DNA of 64,000 bases, from NCBI RefSeq assembly GCF_041956535.1, contig NW_027192196.1, positions 675,823-739,822 of the forward strand, read 5' to 3'. This document shows positions 11,728 through 25,054 of the stretch, piece after piece (position 1 is the first letter of the stretch; every line of letters starts with the position of its first letter). Origin of the DNA: Calcarisporiella thermophila CBS 279.70. Lineage: Eukaryota; Fungi; Calcarisporiellomycota. The notes under the pieces were generated by a model. That model saw nothing but the letters and a program-made list of their open reading frames with translations. It searched no databases and had not been told where the DNA came from. A program made the position numbers and the translations under genes.

Positions 11728-14700
11728 ATGTCTGGTAGCGCATTACCTAACTTATTTGACTCATCGATGAGTTCACACCCAGCATCTCCACCTGCTGATA
11801 ATGCTTCGCCCCTACGCTCACAAAATGAGAAGCTATGGAAAATCATTTCTAAACAACGCGGAATTATCCAATCTATGAAGGAGGATTTTCAAGCGATTTC
11901 GCTCGAGAGAGATCACCTACTTCGACAGAACAAGGAACTCAAACGCGAGATTCAGCATCTTCGATCTGCAGAAATTAATTCACAATTTTCATCGGCACCT
12001 TCTGGACAACTGCAATCCTCTCAACAGCCTTCGTCGTCGACTTCCTCGCAACCACATGGGGATGATACGCATAAATCTAATCAAACACAAGCTTCTCGTC
12101 TGCAACATCGACTCAATTTAACGGGAGATGCAGTCAGCAAATCTTTACCAAAGTCGCCGTACATGGGGCGCACTGGATCAAATAGCGGGTCTATTGATAC
12201 CAGAATGCCGCCAACGAGAGCAACAAATACATCAGGCATGCCTGACGCCAGTCCTGCTACAGAATTATTAAATAAGGAAATATCCTATCTTGGCGAAAGT
12301 GGAGGTCTAGAAAGTAATTTGGCCGGTCAGTCGCATGATAATGAGAAGGATATGAGCGACCGTCCATTGATTGAGCCAAGCGTAGCAGAGAATAGTCCAT
12401 TTTTTGCCGAAAGCCTCTCAAACAACGGTCCTAACGTTCATTCGCATAGCTCCTCTGATAAGCTTGAACATCAGTCTCCACAACAACAGCACCGCGAACC
12501 ATCCAAGCTCTGTCCTGGCCCAGTAAATCCTCTGTTGAGTTCATTGGTTGGAAATTCTGGTGTATCTGTGCAGATTGAAAAAACCGAATCTACGGAGGGA
12601 GAAAATCCATATTTCATCATAAATGTACTCAAACAGCAGCCCTCGGGAAAGATGGATGAACTGTGGAGCATTGGGAAATCCTACGATGATTTTTTGGCAC
12701 TAGAAACTAAGGTTTGCATATCATTATTGCGAATGATCTTAGTTTATTTTATTAATACGATCTTCCCAGCTCATGTTGCACAGCGGTCACAGCGCACTGA
12801 TACATCTCCCAGACAAATCTACTTTTAAGGCGAAGTCACCGAGCATACTGGCAGAGAGACAAGTGAGAATAACCCCTTTTTTAGGAACCAAGCTAGATTT
12901 CATACCAACTCCCTCGCATTTTTAGATATCATTGGAGCGCTACATAAACCATTTTCTATCGCTGCCCAACGGCGATAACACGGATGTGTGCGAATTTTTA
13001 AGCACAAATGTGCTTGAGAATAAGAACCAGCCACAAGTATTATTTCATTGTTTATGTCGGTCTGCTCTCTTATTCAATTTGAATACTGTTGTAGGAGAAG
13101 GATTATAAGGAGGGATTTTTAACCAAAATAAGCGCCAGTGGATTTTATAAGCTCTATTTTTCATTGGAGCACGCGCCATATTTGGATTACTCTGAAAAGG
13201 TATTTTGTATCCGACAAGTCTGTTTTCTGGTAATGTTGCATTTTTTTTTCTCATCCACTTTCGATCAATTTCTTGTTGTAGAGGAATGGTCCAAGTCTTG
13301 GCCGCATCGACCTTTCCCAGGCTACTCTATCGCAACTTCAACAGACCTCAAGTCTCCCTGAGGGCTCGCCCTTTGAACCCTACCGCAATGCATTTGTTAT
13401 CTACGAGAGTCGAGTTCCAAATAATGTGGCCACCATTCGTCATGTGTTGTGTGCAGAGACGGATAGGGATCGGGATGAGTGGATCCATAATTTATCCAGG
13501 TGGGCTCAGATAGCGCCAGGTTCTAGTGAAGAGAATAAGAAAGATGATGAGAAGGAACACTCCAACCTTAGAGTGTTAGAGACACACCCACTACATCCAA
13601 TGAAAAGCGGGGATTTTGGCGAGTGTTTTGACAAGCAAGAGAAGAGTGCGAAAACACTTGAGCTGGCAATAGATGAATCCAAGGTAGAAGGTCTTGATGT
13701 TCCTATGCCAAATTCGGCGCCTCCTTACAAGACTCACTTCGCTCTCGGCGAACCTGCTGAGACGAGAAAGGGTAGAGCAAGTGTCGATCATACTTCAAGG
13801 CATTTCGACCCAAAGCATTCTATTGCCGGTGGCTTGTCCAAGACCGCTCCGGCGCTTTTCAAGAATGAGCCTTCTCCGCAGACTCTTAAAGAGCTGCAAC
13901 CACAGCAGCAACAGCAGCAACCTCAGCAACAACTTCAGCATCAACCGCAGCAGCAACTACGCCCCCATGAGCAAGAAAAGGAGGCTGGAACTGGCGCACC
14001 ACCAAGTTCACCTCCTGATGACAATCGTCAACCAGGAATTAAGCAGAAGCTTCGGTTCACCATGGCAATAGGCCGCTTGTTTCGCTCCGACAATAACAAT
14101 AATAGCAGTAGTGGCAATGCATACAACAATAGTGCCAATAATAATAGCAGTCCCATTCCCAACGGCAGCACTACTGGTTATAAAAATGGCAGCGGCAGCG
14201 GTGGACAGTTCAGCAGCAGCTACAATAATAGTTCTGGCGGTAGTAATCAAGGTTATCCGTCGGCTTTAATCCCACCTCATCAAATCCAGCGAGATCAGCA
14301 CAATATCTCGAATAGGCCCCCAGTCAATGCTGGGATGTATGCGAGTAGGCCAGGGTATGCACGTGGTGTTTTTGGGGTTCCTCTTAGCGAAACGCCTCTG
14401 GTAAAGTGCGCAGACGGATGTGAATTGCCGACGGTGGTATATCGATGCGTGACCTATTTGGAGGCCAAGGGGGCTGAAAAAGAGGAGGGAATTTACCGAC
14501 TTTCGGGAAGTTCGGCTACGATTAAGATGCTAAAAGATCGCTTCAGTACCGGTAAATTTTAAAACCTCCCTCCCCCTCTTTTTTTTTGGATTATAGAACG
14601 GTTATTGAGCTATATTTCCATTATCTTTTTTTCTTTGATAGAAGGAGATTTCGACTTGCTTGGTTCCGGTGAATACTACGATGTGCATGCAGTGGCATGC

Positions 14701-15333
14701 TTGCTTAAGCTGTATCTACGCGAACTCCCACAAAATGTTCTTACTCGAGAACTGCATCCGAGATTCATGAGTATAATAGGTAATTCATGTGATTGGCAAA
14801 ATGCTGGTGACTTGTATGCTCAATCGCCTCCTCTGGCTTTAGATGTTGCAGATCGCAACGCACGGGTGCTCGAGCTTGGCCGCCTGGTGCTCGAACTTCC
14901 TCTCGTCAATTATTCTCTACTCCGTACGCTCTTGGGACATCTCTTGCGGGTGGTTCAAAATTCCGACTCCAACCGAATGACGATTCGTAATGTTGGGATT
15001 GTGTTCTCGCCCACCCTGGGGATCCCAGCCGGGATTTTCAGTTTGTTGATGCTGGAATACAAAAGCGTCTTCCGGATGGAGAATGGCGAGCGGAGGCCAG
15101 GCGAGGGATCCAACTCCGGGGAGGAAGATAAGAGCCGCTTGCTGAGAAATAGCTTACCGGATACAGAGGCACAGGAACTGGCTGATGTTCCGGTGCCGCT
15201 CCCTTCCTTGGGCCCTAGCCCACATATCCACTCGTCCAACGAAGCTGGACATCCACCCTTCCACCCCAACACGATAACAGCAACCGCAGGCGGTGATCCT
15301 CTGGCAAAGGCCTCAAAGGATACAGAGCAATGA
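11728..15333 (+). CDS. PX-PH-RhoGAP protein (Bem3-like Cdc42 GAP)
   Basis: Coiled coil; PX-like WSIGKSYDDFLALETK..LPDK; PH domain KEGFLTK..HVLCAETDRDRDEW; RhoGAP VFGVPL..EEGIYRLSG..ACLLKLYLRELP..NRMTIRNVGIVFSPTL. Confidence 0.88.
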
Positions 15334-15781
15334 CATGCCGGCTATCCGCCGAATCCCTGAATACATAGCGTTAAATTAATGTTGGCTAAGCTTTGTTAAA
15401 GTGAAAAAATAACTATGTTAGCATATATTATTTGATTGTAGTTGTAAATTGTTTGTTTTTGGCCCCTTACTATCAATCTTGGCTGGTTTTCAAGAATGGC
15501 TTCGAGCCAGTGTCACTCAATAGGCATATTCATTTTTATCCAAGTAATATTGGCCCCTCGAGTTTAGGGACTCAAAAGGAAGTGATAAAAAGACAACATT
15601 TATTTTTCAACCATAGAAGTATATATATAAAGAGATCAAAGCACTGGGGTTAATTTAGAAGAGGGAAAAAAAAAACAATATAAAAGTAGTAACACGGCTT
15701 ACCATAGAGCCTTCCGAGCAGATGGGAAATAAAAAATAATAATAAAAAAAAAAAGCAATGTCGAAGAGACGGCCAGCATAT

Positions 15782-18451
15782 CTAATGCCCTCCCCGCGAC
15801 TTGAATTTTAACAAAGAGGCCAGAATCGCTGGCGATCCCCCGGCTCTTTTCAAGAATTCATGCTCCAATAGCTCGGCGCTAGTAGCCCTTGACTTCACGT
15901 CCACGCACAAGCACACCGCCAAAAAGCTCTTGAGCTCACGGCTCAGCGCCTGCGGGTTCTTGAGCGTGGGGGTTCCGTTGGTGGCAATCAAATACAAGGC
16001 TTTTAGTGGCTCCTCATCAAGATAGGGCGGCTCCTTCTCAATCATCTCAATGGCCATGATTCCCAGGGACCAGACGTCGACTTTGGCACCATACTGCTTT
16101 TGCTTCACGACCTCGGGCGCCATCCAGTACGGCGTGCCGACCATGGTGGCACGCTTCGACTTCTGTTCCGTCAGCTTGGCACAGAAGCCAAAATCAGTCA
16201 GCTTCACTTGGCCTTGGGCGTTAAGCAGGACATTGTCGCTTTTGATGTCACGGTGGATGATGTTTTGGGAGTGGAGGTGGGTGAGCCCTTTACATGCCTA
16301 GTATTAAACAGCGAAAGGAAAAACAAAAGGTTAAACGAGAGCGAGCAAATAGAAGCATAGGTTGGCGGAGCACGTTGTTTTGTGCCGGCGTTGATGCCAG
16401 CGCTTTGCACATAGCACGTCCGCCCTATTTACCTCGAGACAAACCCGGGCAATCTGTTCCTCGGACATGGTGTTGTTCTCGATCACATCGGTCAGAGCCC
16501 CGCCCTCCATGAACTCCATCACGACCCACAGGTCATTTCCGCCCAACAAGAATGCATCCAGAAAATTCACAATGTTGGGGTGTTGGCTCTCCTTCATCAC
16601 CAGGATTTCGTTGACAATGAGCTCTTTCCGCGGCTGGCTTGCCAGATTCATCTGCTTGATCGCAACCTTCTGCTTAGTATGAAAGTGCCGTGCGACATAG
16701 ACTGAGCCCGATGCGCCCTGGCCGACCTTTTTTAGTTTAGCATAGAGGGTATTTGGATCTGCACGGGAGACAACCGACCCTAAAAGTAACAAAGTTAATT
16801 GTTGGTGAGCAAGGAGGTTTATTATCCTATTATTTAGCATTTGCATCCCCGTATACTTACGCAATTTCTCCATCAGCTGTGCCTCCGACATCGTACTTAT
16901 CCGCTGTTCTACTTTCTTTGCTTTCACAAGCGGCCCCTTCTCCAATTGCTCCAACGTCTTTTGCGTCGGAGTCTGCTGCGCATGAACTGCATGAGGAGCA
17001 TGAGGGCGCGGTGGAGGCGGATGACCGTTAGGGTACCTCCCAGGTGGCGGCGGTGGCCTGGTATCCTGTCTCTTGGGCATCCGGTCTCTCTCCCTCTCTC
17101 GTTCTCTTTCGCGCAGTTCACGAGGTTCTCGAGGCGGCTCCCGTGAGCGTTCACGGCGCGGAGAACGATCACGCTGGACATCTCGCGATGATTTGGGAGG
17201 AGGCTGTGAGCCTGGGGGATACGGTGCAAGACGGGATGATTGAAGGGTGGGATGATGAGACATGGGAGTGGGATTACGTGCGTGGTCTACAGGGGAATGA
17301 GTATGCTGCTAAGAGATAGGCGGTAAAAAAAAGATGGATTAAAAAAGTGTTTTGAGAATGTCCGAGAGCAATAGTTGCATACCGGAATACGAAGGTGAGC
17401 TGGCGAGGATGAATATTGTGAATCCGGGGTATTCGCCAGAGTGGATGACGAAGACAGCGACGAAATTGAAGCAGGTGAGGGAGGAGCGCGCCTCTCTCGT
17501 TCCTCGCCCGGGTGGGGGGGATACGGCCTGCGGGATGCGGCCCCATTCCCATTCGTATAATGTTGCGGACTTGATGAAGAAGGCGATGCAAGGGTTAGCT
17601 CGCTGAAGTCGGAATCCAAGGACTCCGTTGGGTATTCCATTCGAGGGGATGGGGTGCGGGCGTTGGCACTGTTTGGTGTAGGGGGAAGGAGATCATTCCA
17701 CTTGTTATTCCGTTCGTTGTGTTCGAAGAGACTCTCCTCTTGCTCACGCCGCTGTTGATCCGTATAGAACTCGAGCACATCCATGACTGCCTGCGGGTTC
17801 TTTGCATAGTCCTCCTGGGTGATGTGTGATCCCTTGAGTAGCTGCGTCCACTCGTCAGGAAGTCCCTGAAATGACAGAAAAAGGGCTCGGTCAAATAGAT
17901 AGTTAAAATGAAGAGGGCGACGGTCCATTTGACTTACGGTAAACATTCCCTTTACGTGATCATAACCGACGTGAGTCAAATGCTGAAAATTAGTTGGACC
18001 CGATGCTCCAAGAGGCGATAGCTAAAGGGAAATGGATGAAAAAGGGATCATTAGCTCGCAAAGAAGCGAAATAAGCCCAACGAAAGCCACTCACATTATA
18101 AATCTCATCCATCCACGAGTAGAGCTCCTCATCCGTCTTGCAGGAAATATAGTAAGACTTCTCACGGCTCGTCATCTCGAAACAATAGGGCTTGAGATCG
18201 GTTCGATTTACAGCCGTTAGATCTTGCAATAAGACGGTAGCGAGGCATTGATTGGGACTTTGCTATAGGCACGGAAAGGGGTAAGAAAAAAAAAATGCGG
18301 TGCCGTCTAGAAAATAGCAGCACAATACCTCATTGCGATAGAATTTCAAGGACTCATCGTTGAGAACGAGATACCGCTTCGACCAAATAAAACTGCGTAG
18401 CCCATCCTCTTTTACCGAGAGGAATCCAGCCTTGTGTGTGCGAGAAACCAT
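15782..18451 (-). CDS. CLA4: PAK kinase, Cla4/Skm1 type (PH-CRIB-kinase)
   Basis: PH domain [22 protein letters not shown]; [25 protein letters not shown]; kinase [34 protein letters not shown]. Confidence 0.95.
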
Positions 18452-19175
18452 GTCCCTGAGACTATAGTGGGGAGAATTCGAAGGCGAATGTGGATAGTGG
18501 AGGCGGGGTAATGTAAAGAAGATCTACCACTAATGTACAGGGTGGAGGGGAAAATACACACAAATGTAGAGAGAATAACAACAATAAAAAAAGGGGGTGT
18601 GAGGAGAGGGTGATAAAACCTTGTTTTAGAAAATGGAACGGAAAATGGTGCTCAATCCAAATAGTTGATGATGGGAATTGCTTCGCCAGCTGGGGAAGGG
18701 GGTCATAAGAAAGGGCCGGCCCTTTCGATAGCAGAATAATTTAGAAGAGAGAGACTCTTTTCTCACAAGAAAGCTTCCTTGCGCACCTTAAGCTTACGGT
18801 GATTCAAAGCACTGGGAGTGGAAGAGAATGAATCGAACTCGCAGCAAGTGCGCAGCCAAAAATTTTAAAAAAAATTTCAAAAGGAGATTAGCTAGTTCCT
18901 AGTCGTATATTTACACGTTATTTCGGGACCCGTCACACAAGAACGGCCATCCACCAAAAAGTATAAAAGAGAAGGTTACGAAAGTCAAAAAACGGAGTTT
19001 CCGGTGAGGTGTCAAGAGGAATAGAAAACAATGAAAGAGGAACAGAAGAGCAGAGGAAACGAAAGCAAAGGCGAAAGAAAAAGTGGGGCTACAACTAACT
19101 GCAACGTCCTACACAAATAGCAGATGAGGGGGAGAGGGGGGAAATATGGATAATAAATTCTAGATTATTCCAAGC

Positions 19176-20594
19176 TTAATTTTGATTATTTTCTTTATCG
19201 TCGCGGGGTGCCTTTTGTGCCGTGACCACGTAGATATTATTATAAGTCTTGTACTCCTCAAACTCCTGCAGACTTTGCTCCGTCATCATGTCGTACTCTT
19301 CGTTCGAGGCGCCCAGTGCCATTAACAAGGAGGGCTTCAACGCCGTCATTACCGATAAGAAATCTGATCTTGCCAATTCTCCGCAGCGACCGCCCCAGCG
19401 TCCAATGGGTATGCTCACGTATTTTTTGGTTATATTAGTCATGTTCTTTGACTGGTAGAGATATTTGTGGAGATTGCGGGCAATACTAGGGCTAAGGTCG
19501 CGAGCTCGAAGGCTGAAGAGAACTGGAGGAGTTTCATTTCAGTATTTGGTTTCTTTTTCTCTCACTAGTCCTCACTAGTGAGTTGAAGTGGGAGGGGGAG
19601 GGAAGCTTCGCCTTACCTTGATCGTTGAGTTTTGTCAGTGTCGGGCCGCGCCGCTTAAACTCATGATCCGATTCGGTCCACTCCAGATATCCGTCGCGCT
19701 TCAGCACCCTAGTCAACTCAGCAAGCACGAATGGCCACTGTTCCCTGGTGAATGCAAGTGCCATTCCACGCAGGCATACATAATCAAATTCTTCATCTTC
19801 AAACGGGAGGGGCTCAACAAGATTCACTATTCGAAAAGTGCAGTTTGACGGGACGATAGTCGAAGGAAAAGAGTTGGCAATATCCACGCCTACAAAAGAA
19901 GACCGTGAAAACTCCGTGGCCATTTCCTAGTATTCAAGGTCAAGTTTAGCATTTCCCAGTAATATCCGGTTCAGCTTGTATAGCAGTACCATTGTCCATG
20001 ACCCAGGTCCACATCTACAAGCGAGGAGAGAAAGAGAAGGGATATATTTAGACGTTAGTGGCCGCCCTCAGTAACTTATGGAGAAATGGCATCTATCCGC
20101 CATAGAGAAAAGACCTTACCCAGCGTCTAGAACCTTAATGCCCCTCTCCAAGTCCTCCCTTATTGGGGCCGAAAAATTTCTACAAGTCAAGGATAATGAG
20201 GGGGATAGGATTGGACCCATTAGTTGAATGAGCGAAACACAAAATAGGAGGGGCTGACTATTAGCTACCCTTGGAATAAGTATCGATAGATGTAGTGCAG
20301 CATTTGCAATCGATCTATCTCCTCTTCATCGCTCGGCATAATGTATTTAATTCCGCGCACATTCAGGAAGCGTCGCCCATCCACGTAGTGAAATTGATGG
20401 GCATTGGATGTACTAAGAGCTTGCTGATTATCTTTGACAAAGGATTGCGAGGAATCCGCGATGGCTGCGGGGCTTGATGTATGCGCTCGTATATTGCTAA
20501 TGTCGAAGCGCTTTTCTCCGCCACGAACATCGGTGAAAGATCTCTGGGAAGAGGCGGGATCACGGCCTCGAAGCGATGAAGAATTGTGACCCAT
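19176..20594 (-). CDS. Class I SAM-dependent methyltransferase (fungal LaeA-like/Methyltransf_25 type)
   Basis: YIMPSDEEEIDRLQMLH; motif I VLDAGCGPGSW (split by introns); GVDI; LPFEDEEFDYV; RVLKRDGYLE. Confidence 0.88.
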
Positions 20595-21746
20595 GTTTAC
20601 GAAGCTAGATTGGTAATTGCCCTTTGATTATGAGCATATATCCCGGATATGTAAGGGATTTCCGCTACTAGTGATCCTTAATCACGATTCCTCGCTGGGG
20701 GAGATGTAAGAGTGTGGATGTCTCTCCAGATTTTTCTTGATGGACGAGGGGGAGCACGGAAAATCAAGGGAGAAGAATAAGGAGATGGTAGAGATGGGAA
20801 AGCAGCTCTTTTTGCTCTCTCACTTTCAGTAAATGCACCCCGTGGAGTAAGCTTTGTTCGGCCGCTCAAGGAAAATACGAAAAGTCAAAGTGGGTGTTGA
20901 CTTTCTCTGTTGCACAGTACACAACACAGACGATTTTTTTATTCTTGTGTCTCAAAGTTTTCCAATTTTAATTAATTCACACTTCGCTACTTTGACTGAA
21001 TATTGTGCAATGCGGCCATCTTTACTCTTCTCAGGCAGAGATTGTGAGTCCATTGTGTGGCAGGGGGCAATGAGGGCGGCCCGCAGCTTTCCCCGGTCTT
21101 GCGCTCGCAGAGCCCCCTCCCCCTGCCCATAGGCCCTGACTATCTTTGAAGCTGAGGTTGTGGTCAGCTTTTCACCTAATATTATGCTACAAGGTCAATG
21201 CGCATTCCACAAAATTCGGTGGTAGCTATTGGGAGGGGTTTTGGAAACTTGACGGTTTCAATCTTCTCCGATTTGCAGCGGTGGCCACCTTACTCAGCCG
21301 AATCCCCCTCAATGCAAATGGGATTGATGGCAAGACGACCAGGGCTATAGCATACGGCCCCTCTCTCTCACAAACAAATTGGCTCCAGCCGGCTGAGTCA
21401 CCTGAGCAAAAGAGAAACATTCGAGTGGTGAGCCGGGGGCCTTTCTGACACTCGCGTCGTCAGAGTCTGGCCAGCTAGAAACATTTCCACCGCCAGGAAC
21501 GAGGGCGGCAGGGGAGCTCGGGAGGCCAAATCATCCTCCACGATGCCAATCCACGGCACCAAGTCCTCTGGATATTTCTCCGGGCCGGATCCAAGCCTTG
21601 CCCCCTTATTGGGATGGAGATTTGTCCATGACTGGAATGGGGGGCTTATTCAAATTTAATAAAACACGCGTGAGTCGCGTCACTTCCAGCTCCAAACCTG
21701 CACCGCATCAAAACCCTCAAGCTCTAACTACTAGCCGCGGAACAAA

Positions 21747-23934
21747 ATGGACGACAATCCCTTCCAATCAACCCCTTCCAGCACCCCCTCCCGTCAAATT
21801 CGGGTGAACAACATCCTGAGCCCCACGAGCACCCCTTTTATCAACCGTCTGAATGATGCCGAGGTGCGAAGATGCCTACGCGATGCGTACCGGATGATAA
21901 AGGAGAAGGATAGAGGTGCATCGCAATGCCCCCATAGTTAGAAATGCAGCTGGATTGATATGTATTCTGAAATTTCTAGATTTAATTCTTGCCGCCGAAA
22001 TTGGCCAAAGCTTACTCGAGAAGAACGATGCGCTGGCAATGGAATGCGAGCGCTTACATCGCCAATTTGCCGCCCATGCCCAGCAGCAGTCCCAACATCC
22101 TCCGGAGCCAGCTGCAGAGGAAAGCTCGGACACTTCTACAAAACGCTGTGAAGACGAACGACACGATGTTCTTGCAGCACTCGCAGACGACCTTGAACGC
22201 GCCAATGCCGATCTCCGTAAGGAACTCGAGCAGGCAAATAGGCGCGCAGATGAGGCCAGCAAGCAGGGCGAACGCCGAATTAAAAAACTTGCTGGTGAAT
22301 TTGATCAAATTAAAGCTCAACTCGACAAGCAATTCCGAATCAACGAAGAACTAGAGGAACAAAAGCAGCGACTAGCGCGCGAAAAGGCGGCGCTCGTGCG
22401 GGAACGTGCGGAAATGGCAAAAGGGGAAGTTGAGGGCGAAAAACTGCAAAGTCGTGTGTACGAGTTGGAAGAGCTGATTGAGACTCTGACGGTAGGGCGC
22501 ACTGAAGCGGAGGAGCGAATGGAATCCCTGTCGGAGGAAGTGGCTATCTTGCAAGAGAAATGTGTCGAGTACCAAGAACAGCTCGAGGATCTCGAGCATT
22601 TGAAGGATACGTGTGAGCAACAGAGTGTGCAGATCGCTGAATTGAATGCTTCGCTGGAAGAGTCTCGCGAAACCATCCACGCACTGAATGCACGGTTGTC
22701 GATGCTCGAGCCAGAGAGTGAAAACGGATCGAATAATGATGGCGTGACCCTTTTTAGTGAGGTGGAGGATAGAAGGGTGGAGCTGGAAAATAAGAACAAG
22801 CATTTAAGCCAGGCCCACGCTGGGCTGCTAAAAGCCCACTCGCTCTCTGTGCATCAGCAAGAACGAATGCGTAACCATATATCTCGGCTTACACAGCTTG
22901 CAAGTTCGAAATCCAATGAGGCTCGATTACGACGGCTGGAGCAAGCACTGGGTCAAACACAGAGCGAGAACCAACTACTCCAGGCAAAACTCACGCAAAT
23001 GCAGAGAAGCGCTGCCTCCTCTGTCGAGTATATAAAGTTGGACGACCCCGAGTCCAAGGACGATCTCATTGAGTCTTTGCAGATGCGCGTGGAACAACTG
23101 GCGGCTGACGGGACACGTTTGAGGAAGGAGCTTCAAACAGCACACATGCTTAAACTGGGAGAGGCAGAGAAGGTGAGGGAAGCTCAGGCGGCATTGCATT
23201 CACGCGAAATAGAAATAGAACAGCTGAAGGCCGCAAACGCGCAGATACGGTTCGAATTGGACGAGATGCACTTGAAAGTACAAATGATAATGGAGAAAGC
23301 AAACGCGGAGGAAGCGGATAGTGATGAAGACGCTGACAAACGGGAAGAGGGAGCAAAGGAGAAGGATATAAGGAGAGCTCCAATGGGTACTCAATCGAAA
23401 TCAAACCAGCTATCCTCGACAGACGGGACGAAGGAGAGACCAAAGAGTTATGGAGAGCAAAGGGGCAGTGTATCAAAAGGGGGTAGAGAACGAACTCCAC
23501 AAACTCAAATCAGAGACGGCCTAAACAGAGCCAAATGGGATACCGATAGACCCGCTGAAGAACGTCTTGCAGATGACAATGACACAGAAAGGAGTATATC
23601 GGTTGAAGAGGAGGGGCTGGATGCTGATGTGGACGATATATCTTCCCAGTGTGAGAGCACTCGGAGCGAGGGCTATGATTCTTACGATTTGCCAGTGCAA
23701 GAAGGCTCAACCTCAGACTTTTCATCCAACTCTCCGGAGAGTGCGCGCGCACTCGGCAGTCCACAACCAAAAAAACTGGGTGGAAGTCCTCATCCTCGTA
23801 AGCTAGGCATCCGAAGCAATGGGCCTCCCTTGCGCAACCCTCCTCCAACCAAGGTAGCGTTTGATTCCCATAAGCCAAAGCAACTATATGTTACACGGCA
23901 GAATGTGCAGGCCAACGAATGCAACCAGCAATGA
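21747..23934 (+). CDS. SPDL1: Spindly (kinetochore dynein-dynactin adaptor) orthologue, 2 exons
   Basis: Intron 21916-21979. CC1 box LILAAEIGQSLLEKN; Spindly box GVTLFSEVEDRR; long coiled coil; C-terminus LYVTRQNVQANECNQQ* resembles the recalled human end LYVSSKSTPETQCPQQ. Confidence 0.82.
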
Positions 23935-24054
23935 TTTTTTTTTTCTTGTATTCTCGTATTACTTGTCATCAGCATTCTTTCATTTATATTAAGTTTAAGT
24001 AGAAATCGACCTCTATTTCATTATTACTTTCTCTAATACTTTCTCTAATACCCT

Positions 24055-24850
24055 TCACCGCAATACATCGTCTTTTTTTGTCTCTTCATACACAATCTTT
24101 GGCATCCAAACCTCCTCGGGTATTGCCTTGGCCCACTCTATTAGTTTAAATAGACCCAATTCGAGCATATTAAAACAGGATAGAGGTTAGTAGAGAGGTT
24201 AGACCTATGAGACAAAATGAATACATGACATACCCGGAATAGCAGATTCAGGCATCTGGATGTTTTTCATCACTGCATTTATTAACTCTAAATCATCTAC
24301 AAACCAAAATCGGATTACTATGAAGTGAAGTTTCGTGACAATGAGACATTGGAAGCATACCCTTATTCATCTCGGAATCTCGGCCGATTTTGATAACAGG
24401 TGGAGAGTTTAAGGAAGAATTTAAAGATTCGTCATTGTCTATAGGATTATCGTTGCATTCATTTAACTAATTGTAAATGTCGTATAAGTGCACTATCCTT
24501 CTAGCTCTATACCCAAATAAAACCTACATCTTCATCGTCTTCATCTGAATGCTCATCGTCACTACGTGGTAATTGTACATATCCCAAGGCGGAGGGATCC
24601 TCCGAGTATGCAGCATCTTCTTCGGCAGGATCATCAACATTATCGGGGTTTGGTCGAGAATGGGAATTGAGGCATACTAAAATAAAAGAAAATTAAAATA
24701 AATGGATTATGCAGCAACATCACAATGAAATGAAAATCATATCTTACATTCATCCAGCTGCTTTGCAAAATCCTCCACGACATCCCCCCCTTCTCCTATA
24801 GATAACCGCTCATTCTCGTCGTCTGAGGTGGATAAGGTGAGACTGGTCAT
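24055..24850 (-). CDS. MEA1: Male-enhanced antigen 1 (MEA1)-family small acidic protein, 5 exons; absent from the ORF track
   Basis: Manual splice: MTSLTLSTSDDENE..acidic..DDLELINAVMKNIQMPESAIP|EWAKAIPEEVWMPKIVYEETKKDDVLR*. Matches the MEA1 C-terminal MxxxxLPxxxxPxWAxxIxxxxW motif. Confidence 0.72.
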
Positions 24851-25054
24851 AGTTTCGATATATTTATTTCTGGACAGACGGAATGGAACACGTGGAATAT
24901 TCTTTCACCAGCCGAGAATCTGGGTGTGAAATACACCTATTTTATGCAATTCCCCAGAATATCCTTTCAGAGTTGGGGCGATGCCAAGTTAAAAGGATTC
25001 GAATTTAACTTTGTTTAATCCTTCCGTCGACCACCTCTATCTCGTATACCAAGT

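Noticed and set aside
18960-18985. GTATAAAAGAGAAGGTTA resembling U6atac
   Set aside because: It lacks the AAGGAGA box and GGTTAGC, and no U12-type introns were seen in the window.
19176-20594. Methyltransferase as part of a secondary-metabolite cluster
   Set aside because: Its neighbours are housekeeping genes; there is no synthase, tailoring enzyme or transporter nearby.
21205-21310. AAATTCGGTGG resembling RNase P CR-I, with a complementary GCCGAAT, in a GC-rich intergenic region
   Set aside because: The spacing is too short and other conserved regions are not recognisable. Probably promoter sequence; an Rfam scan would settle it.
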